Shown here one piece after another: positions 1-17,061 of a DNA stretch of 64,000 nt. The position numbers were made by a program, and so were the translations under genes. Position 1 is the stretch's first letter. Each line of letters begins with the position of its first letter. Origin of the DNA: the human T2T-CHM13v2.0 reference genome, Homo sapiens; NCBI RefSeq assembly GCF_009914755.1, contig NC_060928.1, one strand, 5' to 3'. Below the pieces are notes generated by a model. That model saw only the letters and a program-made list of their open reading frames with translations. It had not been told where the DNA came from and made no database searches.

Positions 1-410
1 GACTCACTCTATCCAATAATTTGATTCCCTTGATTGTTGCAAATAGCTACATTTAGATGTTTGCCAAAAATTATGCAGGAAAATGGTATGAAAAATGATA
101 CGAGAGCATATCTTCCTCTTTTTGTTTTTTGGTGACAGGTCTTTCCAACGTAATTGCAGAGTACATTTTTAACTTCTTGTGCTTACATTCCCAACATGGA
201 AATAGTTAATACTCATGAACATAGAATTAAAAATACTTCAATATACTGTTTTTCAAAATAGTGAATTGCCTAAATGTGGAAGTGGCTGTTAATATGAGTT
301 TCATTACATGACCTTTATGCTTTGTTGACCTAGCTCATTATCATATGTGATCTGAGAGTATCCCAGAAATGCAAGGATGGTGTAATGTCAAGATATAGAT
401 TAATATGACA

Positions 411-780
411 TGTTGTGGTCTGAATGTTTGTGTTCCCCAAAATTTGTATGTTAAAATTCTACCCCCCAAGGTGGTGGTATTAGAATAGGAGGTGGGGACT
501 TTAGGACATGATTAGATCATGACCACAGAGCCATCATGATTATGATTAGTTTCCTTATAACACAGACCCCAGAAAGCTATTGCCTTTTTCTGCCATGTGA
601 GGACATAACAAAATATGCCTTCTATAAACCAGGAAGTGGGCACTCACCAGACACTGAATCTGCCAGTGCCTTGATCTTGGACTCTGCAGCCTCCAGAACT
701 GTGAGAAATCAATTTCTGTTATTTGTTTAAAAGCCACTGGCTTATGTTGCTTGTTAGAGCAGCCTAAATGGGGTAACACA
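411..780 (+). mobile_element. Solo MaLR LTR, MLT1A-like
   Basis: TG...CA ends; gccagtgccttgatcttggactctgcagcctccagaactgtgagaaatcaatttctg core; 5-bp TSD tgaca (406-410) / ttaca (781-785). Confidence 0.85.
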
Positions 781-1216
781 TTACAAATTCCATCAATAGA
801 TCAAATATATTAAAACTATTCTTTTCAAGAGATGAGGAAAAGGCATTCAATAACATTTCAACCATTTCTATTTAAAAATCCCAATTATTCTATTAAAAAT
901 AAACCCAGAAATAGGATTCTATGCTAATATCATAAATAGTATTTGCTTTAAGTAAACAGCTAACATTATGTTTAGCAGTACAACTTTAAAGACATTCCCA
1001 ATAAAATTAGAAACATATAATGATGACAATAACACCATTATATGTTAACCTATTTTTTGGATAAGTTTTGTAATATGCAGTTAAACTTGAGGTAGGAATG
1101 GAAACTATAATTTTGGAAATGACAAAAAATATCACTATTTATAGACTATATTAATATATACTTATAAAAGTGTCCTAATTAAAGAAAATACACACAAAAG
1201 AAAAATTTAGTAAGTA

Positions 1217-1503
1217 TTTTTTTTGAGATAGGGTCTTGCTTTGTTGTCCAGGCTGGATTACGGTGGCATGGTGATGGCTCACTGTAGCCTCCACTTCCTG
1301 GGCTCAAGCTATCCTCCCACGTCAGCTCACTAAGTAGCTGGGACTACAATGTAAGCTACCACATCTGCTAATTTTTAATTTTCTTTTAGAGATGGGGTTT
1401 CATTATGTTTCCCAGGCTGGTCTCAAACTCCTGGCCTTATGTGATTCTCCCACCTCTGCCTCTCAAAGTGCTGGTATTACAAGCATAAGCCACCACTGTG
1501 AAC
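1217..1503 (-). mobile_element. AluJ
   Basis: Poly-T then gagatagggtcttgctttgttgtccaggctgga; J-type ctgggctcaagctatcctcccac; heavy CpG decay. Confidence 0.9.
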
Positions 1504-1827
1504 TAAATTTAACAGGAAATATGTAAGATATGTGTAAGGAAAGTTATAAAACCTTTTTGATTAATGAATAAAGATTAGAAAAAACAAAATTTCCAATAAC
1601 AGAGAGATAGTTAATATGGTATATCCACTCAATGGAATATATCAAAGCTAAAATGTCAGTCTATATAAAAATAAATATCACCTTTATAACTGATAAAACT
1701 TAGTTTGGCTTTATATGACAGCCAGAAAGGCTAGACTAGAAACTTCTTTCTCTTATGTGGAAGACTGAATCTGAAGGGCAGATGTACGAATTCAGATCAC
1801 TATTTCTCAACAATCTGGATTGAGAGG

Positions 1828-2217
1828 TGTTATGGACTGAATGTTTATGTCCCTTGCAATTCATATATTGAATTCCTAACCTTCAGTATGGCTACATTTG
1901 GACATTGAGCCTCTAAGGAAAAAATTAATGTTAAATGATGCCCTAAGGGTGGGGCCCTGATCTGATAGGATTAGTGTCCTTCTAAGAAGTGACTCCAGAG
2001 TGCTCTTCCATTGCTTGCACACAAATAAGAAGTCACATGAACACATGGTGAGATAGCAGGTGCCTAAAGGCCAGGAGGAAAGGTCTCAGAATGAAATTAA
2101 CCTCACTAACACCTTGCTATTGGATTTCCAGTCTCCAGAACTATAAGAAATATATGTTTTGCGTTTAATTCATCTAGTCTGTGGTATTTGTTGTGGCAGC
2201 CTGAGCCAACTAAGACA
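1828..2217 (+). mobile_element. Solo MaLR LTR, MSTC/MLT1B-like
   Basis: tgttatggactgaatg start, ctaagaca end, ggatttccagtctccagaact core; TSD agagg/tgagg. Confidence 0.85.
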
Positions 2218-2349
2218 TGAGGGAAGAAGAAAAGGACCAAAACCTGCCCTCTGGATCTTCATTGATTACCTTTACCCACTTGAGAATGTGGGTAATGGCA
2301 GTCACCCAATAGCCATGCTCTTAGCAAAGGCCGATTCTTGAGCTTGTGT

Positions 2350-3663
2350 ACTGAATGCCATCTTCTCATCTACTTTAGGATGTCTCTTCAGCATCATCAA
2401 TGCACCCATTTCTAATAGATTTTACTACCAGCACACATTCAGAATCTGATCACCCCTCACCAAATCCTCTGCTAATATTCTGGTTCCCTCACAATCATCT
2501 CTCACCTGGGCATTTTGCTATTACTTCCCAACTGGGTTCCTTTCATTACTCCTTGGACTATTCAATCTAATACCAACATAGTGATTCTGTTAGAAACTAA
2601 GTCAGATTGTGTTGTTCATCTGTGAATATGACTTTTTATCTATATGATGGTAAAAACTAAAGTTCTTACCATAGCCTAAAAGGCAGGCCATCTGGGCCCT
2701 TGTTAGTTCCTGACCCAGTGACCTACCACTCTCCTCCTTTCTTATTCTGCTTCAGTCATTCTAGCCTACATTGTTTTTTGCACATACCAGGAATACGTTT
2801 GCTTGAGGACTTTTGCATTTCCTATTTTCTCTGCCTGGAACATTCTTTCCCAACATATCCCCATGACTCATCCTCTCATGTTTGTTGGGGCTATTATTTA
2901 AAAGTTGGTTTTTTTTATGCGAGCTCTCCTGGCAGCTGCTATGGGTTGAACTCTGCCCAAAAAAAGATACGTTGAAGTCGTAATCCTCAACAGCTCAGAA
3001 TGTAATCTTATTTGGGAATAGGATAACTGCAGGTATAATTAGTTAAGATGAGGTTGTACTGGATTAGGGTGGGTCCCTATGTCAATATGACTGGCCCTTG
3101 TAAGAAACTGACCATGTGAATACAGACACACAGAGACAGCACCATGCATGGGACAATGAAGGTGAAATTATGCTACTGCAAGCCAAGGAATATGAAAGAT
3201 TGCCAGCAAACCACCAGAAGCTAGGATGAGGTAAGGAAGAATTTTCTTAGAGTTTTTAGAGGAAACATGATCCTGCTGACACCTTGATTTCAGATTCTGG
3301 CCTCCAGAACTGTCGGACAATAAATTTCTGTTTTAAAACATGCAATTTGTGGCACTTTGTTATGGCAGCCCTAGGAAACTGATCTAAAAGCCCTATCTGA
3401 AACAGCAATTCCTGGGATTCACATCCCCCTAACCTGCTTTATTTGTCTCCTTAGAACTTGACATCATCCATCCTACCATATTTTACTTACCTATTTTGTA
3501 TATTTCATCTTGCTACCCTAAACCCACCTCAAATGCCAGCAATGTGAGATTAAGATGTTTTTCTGTTTTCATTACTTCCTCCTCAGCTTTGAAACAGTTC
3601 TTGACTTGTTACAGGTCCTTAAAGTATACTTGTTGACTGAAAGAAGGAAGACATGAATGAATG
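2350..3663 (+). mobile_element. L2 (L2a-like) 3' portion split by an MLT1C LTR
   Basis: catctctcacctgg, aagtcagattgtg, ctctgcctggaacattctt, cctgctttatttgtctcc; ends in a tgttgactgaa...gaatgaatga tail. Confidence 0.75.
2937..3386 (+). mobile_element. Solo MaLR LTR, MLT1C-like
   Basis: tgctatgggttgaa start; caagccaaggaa...gattgccagcaaaccaccagaagctagg; ends tatggcagccctaggaaactga. Confidence 0.85.
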
Positions 3664-4242
3664 AGGGCGCAAGCCTGGTAATTGGTTCCATCTCCATGGG
3701 GAAGAGTAAGGGGTGTTTCAAAATGACATGAGTGTTTTGGAAAATTGCTCCACTTACTGTATAAAATGCTGTAAGTGGAAAGAAGTGTTCCCTTTTATAA
3801 AATACTATGCAGAAATTAAGTGTAATTTTTTTGAAGAGTTTAAATGATATGAGAAATTCTTACGGTTTTATGAAAAAGGTGGTTTATGAAATAGTTTCTA
3901 TAATAAAACCAAAACTACATAAAACAGGTATTTTTGAATAAAGAATACATAAAAGGAAACACTCCAAAATTTCAATAATAGTATTTTTACTTGATGGCAC
4001 TATTTGTGATAATTTTGTCTTTATTGTATATATTTTGAAGCTGAAAGAGTTTATTCTGGGATAAGAAAGAGATATTTTTTGAAATATAGTAGACTTAACA
4101 GACTTTTATCTCAAGAAGGTTTTGTTCAATTTTTAAAATTAATTTGAGAAGGATTTGGATTTAATGTAATAAAAATGCCCCTTTGCAAATGTGTTTTGCC
4201 TTATAGTTTATTTCTCACTATATTTGTGCACTTTACTTATTT

Positions 4243-5244
4243 TTATATTTAAGGTATATGCTGTGATGTTTTGCTATATATTATTAAGAAATGATTATCA
4301 AAATCAAGCTAATTAACATATTCATCACCTTATAAAGTTACCTTTGATGAGAATATTTATAATCTACTGCCTTAGTAAACTTCAAGTATATAATATTATT
4401 AACTATAGTCACCATGCTGTATGTTAGTCCCCTTTGATGAACATCACTCCCATTCCCCCCACCCCTCAACATCTGTTAACCACCTTTCTATTCTTGGTTT
4501 CTCTGAGTTCAACTTTATGAATTCTACCCATAAGTGAGATCACATGGTATTTGTCACTCTATGGCTGACTTATTTTGCTTAGCATAATGTCCTCAGGTTT
4601 ATCCATGTTGTCACAAATGGCAGGATTTCTTTCATTTTTAAGGCTTATATTGCATTGCATTTATGTATCTCATCTTTGTCCATTCACCTACTGATGGATA
4701 CTTAAGTTGCTTCCATATCTTAGCTATGATGAATGATGCCACAATGAACATGTGAGTGCAGGTGTCTCTTCAAGATTGTGATTTCATTTCCTTTGGATTT
4801 ATATCCTGTAGTGGGATTTCTGGATCATATGGTAGTTGTATTTTTAAGTTTTTGAGGAATCTCTATACAGTTTTCCATAATGGCTGTACTAATTTACAAT
4901 CCCACCAACAATATATAATGGTTCCCTTTTCTCCACATCTTTAGTAACACTCTTTATCTTCTTACTTTTTGGTAACACCTATCCCAACAGGTGTCAGGTG
5001 CTATCTCATTGTGGTTTTAATTTGCATTTCCCTGATTATTAGTGATGTTGAGCCTGTTTTCATACAACTCTTGGCCTTTTGTATGTCTTCTTTATAAAGT
5101 CGTCTATTCACGTCTTTTGCTCATTTTTAATTGGACTGAGTTTTTGCTATTCAGTTGTACGAATTTCTTACATACATTGGATACTAACCTCTTATTGGAT
5201 ATATGGTTTCAAACATTTTCTCCCATTCCATAGGTTGCTTTATG
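4243..5244 (-). mobile_element. 5'-truncated L1MA-type LINE (3' end)
   Basis: L1MA 3'UTR (caagctaattaacatattcatcacc, actatagtcaccatgctgta) plus antisense ORF2 C-terminus; degenerate TSD atttg(a)tgcactt(c)tacttattt at 4222-4242 and 5245-5267. Confidence 0.85.
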
Positions 5245-5981
5245 ATTTGATGCACTTCTACTTATTTAATAATTCTTAAATTTCTGCATATAATGAAATT
5301 TCTTTAAAGATAATTGATTTTTTAAATGCTTTTATTTACCTCAGTCAGCTTCATGGGTGCCTGTGACTTTACATAATATCAGGAAAGAACAGAGAAGTAC
5401 AGCTGTGATAATTCCATGATCAACTTTCAAAATCATATCACAGAATTAAGCCACCAAAGTTGTTATTGCTTCTGCCATGTTCAGTACATTTAGAAGCAGA
5501 AGTCTGTAATGGACCTGTCATCTCCAGGGCCTTGTTGCCTTAACTCTTTCATTCATTCAGCAAAAACCTGGTGAAATTGGAAGCTCCTTGTTGAATTAAG
5601 GAACAACCATTGATTCAAGAACCTCAAACTTCTAACCACAATCTATGCTAGCAAAGCAGGCACATCATATTCTGCCTCTATCTTCTTGTTAACTCAAATT
5701 AAAGTCTCATATATTTATCATAGGAATCTAATAGGCAGAACCAAAATTGCATTCACATTCCGATTCTTAAAGACAGGGATATGTAATTTTGAATTCTATT
5801 ACCTCTGCATATTAGAAGATATTTGGTGATGCATGGTGATTACCCATTACATGAAAATAATGTCACACGTTGGTGGTATTTATTGTACTCTCGTTTTTAA
5901 CGTATATTCAGGGGGACTGGGATGTCCAATATGTGGAGAATGGTGGAATAGAATATAAGACATGTTTAGAAATTACCCTCA

Positions 5982-6334
<353 letters not shown>

Positions 6335-7262
6335 CTAATAAAAAAACAATCTTCTCAGGCCTTTGGTTCATGGAAGTGAAGAATGTTTTCTCCACAGTCA
6401 ATGTTGTGAAAGAGATCCAAATTTCTATCGGATAATTCGAAAGATTAAAATTAAATTAGAGAACACATTCTTGGCTAATTTTATTTCTACTTCCATTGGT
6501 TGTGGCCAAATTTTCAGACTTTCAATTTCATTCTATGCAAAATATTACTTTCCCTTTCATGAAGATAGAATTAAGCCACTCAAAAATGGATACATCTGGT
6601 TAAACAGGGACTTAATTCAATCATTAGGTAGCTTTGTAAAAGAGAGCTTTTAGGCTACAATACAAAGGGAATGAAGCAATTAGATTAAAAGGAATTGTGA
6701 TATGATAAAATGATTTAAGCCTGGATTATGGATGGAAGAGAAAACCAGGAATGATTGCTGCAGATAGGGTAGATTTGCCTTAAAATATTCTACCCATTGA
6801 AATGACAAGGAAACTGTAATTTTTGAATAAAGGTACAAAATGAAACTAGATATATTTTACTTCTTCTACTACTTTACTTCTTTCATCCTTAATATTCTTT
6901 TGTCTTGACAGACTGGCCAAGAAGGGGCCACATTTGTATGTTCAAAGAAAGTGGAACAATGGAATTTAATTAATTCAGTTCTGTTTTTGCAATCTTTATT
7001 CATTAGTTGAATATTGGCTAGGTTCCCTAGACAGGCTATCAATGCAAAAGATCAGAAAATATTGCAATATATGGACAACAAACTTGATGCTAAATATAAA
7101 TTTCCTTCATGCGTCAGTGAGTAGTGGATTTTTGATATAAAGGACTGCCTTTATTTTAGGAAGACGCTCCCTTATTAAAGAAAGACTACAAGGGTTATAA
7201 GATGTTTGAACTTTATGTTAAAGGGAGTGATATTAGTAGAGCCATATTTTAAAACTATGAGA

Positions 7263-7549
7263 GGCCAAGCACTTTGGCTTATGACTGTAATCCCATTACT
7301 GTGGAAGGCTGAGGTGGGAGGATTGCATGAGGCCAGGAGTTCAGGGTCAGCCTGTGCAACATAGTGAGACCTTATCTCTACAAAAAATAAAAAATTGGCT
7401 GGTGTGATGGTGCATGCCTATAGTCCTAGCTACTCAAGAGGCTGAGGCATGAGGACTCTTTGAGCCCAGGAGTTTGAGTTTGCAGTCAGCTATGATCAGG
7501 CCACTGCACTCCAGCCTAAAAAACAAAAACAAAAACAAAAACAAAAACA
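7263..7549 (+). mobile_element. AluJ with (CAAAAA)n tail
   Basis: TSD aaaactatgaga (7251-7262) / aaaactaggaga (7550-7561); J-type ttgagcccaggagtttgag. Confidence 0.92.
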
Positions 7550-7916
7550 AAAACTAGGAGAGGTGTGACTGCAGCCTGAGTAGCTAGTTAGACGACTATA
7601 TAGTACATTTTGAGGCCATATCCTGACAGCTTTCCTAAAGCTTCACAGAGAATACAGTAGATGTTATAAAGAATAACAATCAACTAAATATCCGGAACCA
7701 CTCCATGTTATCTGCCCAATACTCTGTCTATTCTTCTGTCTTGACTTTTACAATTCTTCACTTCACCCTTCCCCATATTTTATACTCTGCTTTCCATCTG
7801 CTTTATGTATCAGTATAATGAAAACATAAGACTGTCTTGGGCTTTTGTTTCGGGTCTCACTCCAGATTTGATTTTTAACATTCTCTCTTGCTATGGAAAA
7901 TTCTTGAATTACCATC

Positions 7917-8435
7917 TATTTGGGAACAATTTTTCATGGATCTCTCATGTTTCTGCATGTCTAAGTGAATGAGGCACTGATTGCCCCTCATTTTGGACCA
8001 TCTTTTCAAGTATGTTTTTACAGCAAAATAGCCTTGGAAACTATAGTGTCTTCCTCCAGAGCAAAGCGCAGGTTTGCTTACACTCTTGGGAGATAGAGAT
8101 TATGTCTTTCACTGGAGCAAGGAACAAAGGAGGAAGGGTTAGTGCCCATTATAAAAAGTTCAGATTTCTGAAGCTTGGGATTCCATTCATGTAATGTAAC
8201 CTACCATTTGCATATATCCACCCAGGCCCATTTGTGTCACCCCATGAAACTCAGGAGCAAGGGGAATTGAGGCAAATGTGATGATGTTCATGGTGTTTGC
8301 TGTGCTATGAGTAACAAAGTCCTTTGTCTCTGACCCAGGAATGCTGTATCTTTTGCCATCATCCTTGAGTCTGTGGCAGGCTAACTGGTTTACTTGCAAG
8401 TAGTGTGAAATCTCAGACTACCTTTTTCTATCCCT
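7917..8435 (+). mobile_element. Solo ERVL LTR, LTR40-like
   Basis: Matches recalled LTR40: gaggcactgattgcc, cagagcaaagcgcaggtttgctta, gagtaacaaagtcctttgtctctgacccagga, gtggcaggctaact...aaatctcagac. Confidence 0.8.
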
Positions 8436-8439
8436 TGGG

Positions 8440-8677
8440 TTTTATTTAATTAGCTTTATTGGGATATAATTCACCATTATAGAGGGTAAAATTAAAAGGA
8501 TTTTAGTGTATTCACAGAGTTATGCAACCATCACCACAATCTAATTTTTGCACATTTTCATCACTTCAAAAATATGTCTTGTACCCATTAGCCATATTCA
8601 CCTTATCTCCCTTTCCTCCCACCCCAATATAACTTTTTCTATATATATCTGCCTAGTGGACACCTCATATAAATGGA
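8440..8677 (-). mobile_element. L1MB-type 3' end fragment
   Basis: agctttattgggatataattcac, tattcacagagttatgcaaccatcaccacaatctaattt, tggacacctcatataaatgga. Confidence 0.8.
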
Positions 8678-9657
8678 CAGAAACAGAAAATTATAATAAT
8701 TCGAGTAAGTGGATACAAATTAATTCCTTGGGAATACAGAGGGAAAAGCAGGGGCAAAATTTTAATTTTGGAAAGGTAGATTTTACAGAATTTTGTGATA
8801 GAAAATGAGAGGTAGAAAACCAAAGTTGACTTCTGTGTTCTAGCCAGGGTGAGTGAGGGATGAAATAATTGGAAAGAAAACAGTCTGAGAGGGAAGAACA
8901 GAAACCTAGTAACAATGTGAAGAGAGACAGTAAGCACTAGACTTTTTCAATGGAAGGGATGGCTTATAAACCTTGGAAAGAGCAGCTATTATGCAGTTTT
9001 TAATGAATTTGTGTTTTTGTTTTATTTTCATTTTGTTATCCTCAAATCTTTGGTAAAAGAGTTTTTAAAAACAACAGGATTATGCTTATTGTTACTTCAC
9101 CAAAGCAACATTTTGTTCATTCTTTAAACAAAAGAGATTTAGAAGAATAGGCAGAAGCAAGATGAAAAGAGAACTGGATTGGGAAGTGGAATTCTAAGGA
9201 AGAAATGACTGCCCAGAGAATATATGTAGCTTTCTCACTCAGAAGACATTTTAAACATACCGAGGAGGGAATTCAGCTGTCTACCATTGTGCGGCATGTG
9301 GATTCAAATAACTTTCCTTGGATATTAAATACCAAACATAAACTTCAGAAGCCTAGAGGACTAGGGTGCAAACATAATACGAGTGCATTTTTGGTTGGTT
9401 GTTCTTTTAATCTACTCAATTAGAAATAATGGTCTGGAATGGAGGCGAGTGGTCTGACTGAGAGGTTTAAGCCACCAACTCACTGGGAAGGAGTCAACAT
9501 TGATGAGAATTTCCAGAGAAAGGGAATGGAGCTCCAGAAGAGGTAAGAGTAGGCACTAAAACCAATCTTGCAATGATGGATAAACAAAGATGAATTAGAG
9601 GAATTATTTAGGAGAAGTGAGAACAAAAAAGAAATAGCTTTTATGAAAACAAGGATA

Positions 9658-9688
9658 TGTGTGTGTGTGTGTGTGTGTGTTTGTGTGT
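9658..9688. repeat. (TG)n microsatellite
   Basis: About 11 perfect TG units plus an interrupted extension. Confidence 0.95.
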
Positions 9689-9936
9689 ATTTTAGAAGTA
9701 GAAAAGTTTATTGAATGCTGATAGAATATTCTTTATGGTATGTGTTTCTTTTTGTGCAGCAGGTTGGGGAATGGATGTGGTGGGTATTGAATTATAGTTT
9801 TCTCTGGAAGATACCTTTGACTTTTATTTCTTTTCATAAGACTGAGTGCTTTCTGAAAGTATCAAGTGGGAATCCTGTCATTATTAATTAGTATTTATTG
9901 CATCCTTATTATGTCCACAAGCACTTTCTGTATATG

Positions 9937-10147
9937 ACTCGTTCTCAACTGGGGAGACTTTGACCCCCAGGGGACATTTGGCAATGTCTGAATCTTTTGG
10001 GGGTTGTCACACCTGTGTGGGGTTGTTGCTGGCATCTAGTAAGGGTCCAGGAATGTTGCTAAATATTTTGTGATGCACAGGACAGCCCCCTGCAAAAAAG
10101 AATTTTCTAGCCCCCACTGCCAATAGCACTGGAGTTGAGAAATCCTG
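9937..10147. mobile_element. MER20 (hAT-Charlie MITE)
   Basis: gttctcaactgggg...ccccaggggacatttggcaatgtctg...ctggcatctagt...tgcacaggacagcccc...gttgagaaatcctg. Confidence 0.88.
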
Positions 10148-10268
10148 ATGAGAAATGCAAGTTTTAATACTTCCAGAAACACTTTGAGATAGATAACTTT
10201 TATCACTTCCTTCTTCCAGAAGAGGAAACTGCAGCATGAGGATTTTGAGCAACAATTTTTAGTAAAGG

Positions 10269-10562
10269 AACCAAACACCGCATGTTCTCACTCATAGATG
10301 GGAATTGATCAATGAGAACACATGGACACAGGAAGGGGAACATCACACTCTGGGGACTATTGTGGGGTGGGGGGAGGGGGGAGGGATAGCATTAGGAGAT
10401 ATACCTAATGCTAAATGACGAGTTAATGGGTGCAGCACACCAGCATGGCACATGTATACATATATAACTAACCTGCACATTGTGCACATGTACCCTAAAA
10501 CTTAAAGTATAATAATAATAATAATAAAAAGAGTAAAAAATAAAAAAATTAAAAAAAAAAAC
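10269..10562 (+). mobile_element. Young, heavily 5'-truncated L1PA (L1PA2/3-like) 3' end
   Basis: G-rich tract; gctaaatgacgagttaatgggtgcagcacaccagc (GAG type, not L1HS ACA); A tail; perfect 16-bp TSD caatttttagtaaagg at 10253-10268 and 10563-10578. Confidence 0.95.
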
Positions 10563-11499
10563 CAATTTTTAGTAAAGGGTAGAGCCTAGATTTGGATGGC
10601 AGTAGTGTGACTCTTGAGCATGTGTTACACCCTATGCTCTATTATCTTTGTAAATTACCCCTATATGTGTGTAACCAACCCCTGCTACAGCAACACACCT
10701 TGTTTGCATTAACTCAATCAGAACAAACATATTTATTTAAATACATCCTTCCCCACCAAGACAACGTGCTTAGAAGGGTTTCCATTCTTCTTACTTTGCA
10801 TAGAACAGGAAACATAGCAACTTAGAGTTGTTCTCGGGTACTAGAAGCAATAGGCAGCCTTTATTTATGAGCTGTTATTTTATGGCATTTTAATTTATTT
10901 TTAAAGCTTATTGGTTTATCTTTTTCAAGTTTAGGATTCAATGAAGGGAGGATTTTCATATAAGCCAAGGCAATTTTTCTCTCCAGTATAGAAAACTTAT
11001 ATTTATACACATTAGAAACTCTACCAGCTCAGTCTTTTAAGGAACACATTTTTGTCATAGAGATGCAATTCATAATAGCTGAGGAAATGTCATTTTAGTT
11101 CTAAGTTACCATAAGCACCACTTGGACTGCTACAGAGGTACTCTGTGGAGCAAAATTTATTGTTTTACCTATACTAAGTACTTAGTGTTTTTAAGAGATC
11201 TATGATGCTTTCATTCCAGATTAATTTAAAGTAATGCTCGCAGTATACTCAATCTCTTTCTCTGTATGGTGGAATTTGAAGTTTGTCTTCCCCCCACCAA
11301 GAATATTTTATTTCCTCATGTAATTACCAGTTTTTGGCTGAACTTTTTGTATTATAGGCAGAAAGCAATATATTACATGTCTTAAGTCCTTCTGCTTAAA
11401 TATTATGGAAGAATAGGCCCTCACCATATGGCATATTGTGTGTATTTTAAAGTGTTCCTCAGAGTAAAAAGTTATATTTATTCTGATATATGCCTTCTA

Positions 11500-11610
11500 C
11501 CTGTTTCTTTCTCCTTCCCTTCCTCCCTCTGTCCCTTTCTTCCTTCTTTCCTTCCTTCTTTTCTTTCTGTCTCTCCCTAACCTCCACTCATGTCCCCTTT
11601 CCTTCTCTTA
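11500..11610. repeat. Polypyrimidine (CT-rich) low-complexity tract
   Basis: Imperfect ccttt/cctt units. Confidence 0.7.
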
Positions 11611-12191
11611 TAGACTTGAAAGTACTTGCTCTTTAAAAATCAACCTTGACATAGTCTGAATATGCTAGTGGAGGTCCTGGATTTTAAAAATTAGCTATAC
11701 ACTTCAAAACATTTTATTTATCAGAAAAAAATAATTTACCTTTCCTAAAAGAAAACACAGCAAGTGAGAAATTATCAAATGATTGAAATTTTACTTCTGG
11801 CTATGCATAGTAAGTACTCTGATGTATATTGGGACATATTCTGAAGAGAGCATGCTTATGAAATCATCTATGTCCAATTAGCATTGAGAATTTGTTTAAA
11901 CAGAATAAAGACCTCTAAGGTGTTTTAGTGATTTTGCTATTCTTTACACAAAAGGCTTTTCTCCTTAGGTACAAACACACAACAGTAAAAACCTATAAAA
12001 TCCTTCCCTATTCTAGTGACAATAAAAAAAGAACCATTGTGATAAATTTAATAACAAATAGAAAATACATTTTTATTTTAAATAAACCTGATGTTGTAGA
12101 TGAATAAGAACTGTTTTTCTTTCCTGTTATACTAGATGATTTATAATGTGTCCATTTGCCCAAATTAGAACTCCAAAAATTATCTTCATTT

Positions 12192-15637
<3,446 letters not shown>

Positions 15638-15691
15638 TATTTTCTTCCTTAACCCCACATGTATTCAGTCATCATAGCCTTCTCTTCTCTT

Positions 15692-15760
15692 CTCTTTTCT
15701 GAGTTAGGATCTCTCTTTGTCTCCCAGGCTAGAGTGCAGTGGCATGATTGTGGCTCACAG
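15692..15760 (-). mobile_element. Alu 3'-end fragment (~65 bp)
   Basis: ttttctgagttaggatctctctttgtctcccaggctagagtgcagtggcatgattgtggctcac, abutting ERVL sequence. Confidence 0.75.
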
Positions 15761-16636
15761 TTGGGAATTTGGGCATAAGGATTTTGTGCAGGGAAGGAAA
15801 ATCTATAACCACAGTAAGTGTCTATTTCAGTAAGAACAAAATATTGCCCTTCTATGATAGAAGAGACCCAATTTAATTAATTTGTCAGCAGTTAGCTGCC
15901 TGATCACCCACAAGAATCAGCCATACAAGGGACTCAGTGTTGTTCTCTGCTGCTGGATTAGACATTCATCAGTGCCAGCCTTGTTAAGTGAAAGTCCATG
16001 TTGCTGAGCGCATGCATATCCTCCATTCCTTCCACCATGACTACTTTGTTCATGAACCCATTGAGCAATGGCAATGTGGCTAGAGAAAGAGATTGACTGG
16101 TTTCCTCAGAAAGGGTCATTTTAATCACTTGATTATTAAACTTTTTCTCTGCTAAGATCACCCCTTGGTGAACACTTATATGGCATAGAAATATATTCAC
16201 ATTTTTTGCCCACATAACTCTTCCTCAAATGTCCCCATTGCCAATTTTCCAATCATATTTCTTTCAAGTCCCTGGTCATTTAGCCAAACCATTGACTGCA
16301 GTTTATTGATCAGTATATGATAGAATATCTGGTTATTTCTCTTTTCAAGCAAAGTAAACAACCAGGTGCACCATTTGAATTTTTGCAATTTTTGCCCATT
16401 GGAAGGATTTCCCTTCACTCCAGTCCATCAGGGATGTCCCGCAACAGGGGCTACAGAGCTACAGTTGTCCACTTTTGAGTGGTAACTGCATATCATGCAG
16501 AACCATCTGTAAACCAGGCCAAAGTCTTCTATTCCTTACTCACCTGATGGTAGTGTACTCCCCATGAGGCCATAGGTGCAGGCTGAGAAATAGAAAGTGT
16601 TGGAACCAGAGTGGAGACCATGGGCATTTAGGTCAT

Positions 16637-17061
16637 TGCTGTAAGTTGGATGATTGTCCCCCAAAATCTCGTGGTGAAATTTGATCCCTAATATTGGAGG
16701 TGGGGCCTAATGGGAGGTATTTAGGTCATAGGAGCATATCCCTCATGAATGGCTTAGTGCTGTTCTCATGTTGATGAGTAAGTTTTCACTCTTAGTTCCT
16801 AAGAGATCAGGTTGTTAAAAAGACTCTGGCTTCCTCAATTTCACTCTCCTGCTTCCTCTCTTTTCATGTTATCTCTGCACATGCTTGGCTCTCCTTCTCT
16901 TTCCACCATGAATGGAAGCAGCCTGAAGCCCTCACTAGATGCAGACCCTGGCGCCATGTTTCTTGAATAATCTGCAGAACTGTGAGCTATATGAACCTCT
17001 TTTCTTCATAATTTACCCAACTTTAGGTATTCCTTTACAGCAACACAAATGCACTAAGATG
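16637..17061 (+). mobile_element. Solo MaLR LTR, MSTB-like, inserted in ERVL pol
   Basis: tgctgtaagttggatg start; ggaagcagcctgaagccctcac...ctgcagaactgtgagc; perfect 5-bp TSD gtcat (16632-16636 / 17062-17066). Confidence 0.92.

Larger units (their letters stand above)
355..1590 (+). mobile_element. Old L1 (L1M/L1ME-type) ORF2 remnant, interrupted by an MLT1A LTR and an AluJ
   Basis: Degenerate L1 ORF2 phrases: tcccagaaatgcaaggatgg (361), gaaaaggcattcaataacatttcaacc (~837), cagctaacattatgtttag and gacattcccaataaaattagaaaca (~957-1015), aaatttaacaggaaatatgtaagat (1505). Confidence 0.6.
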
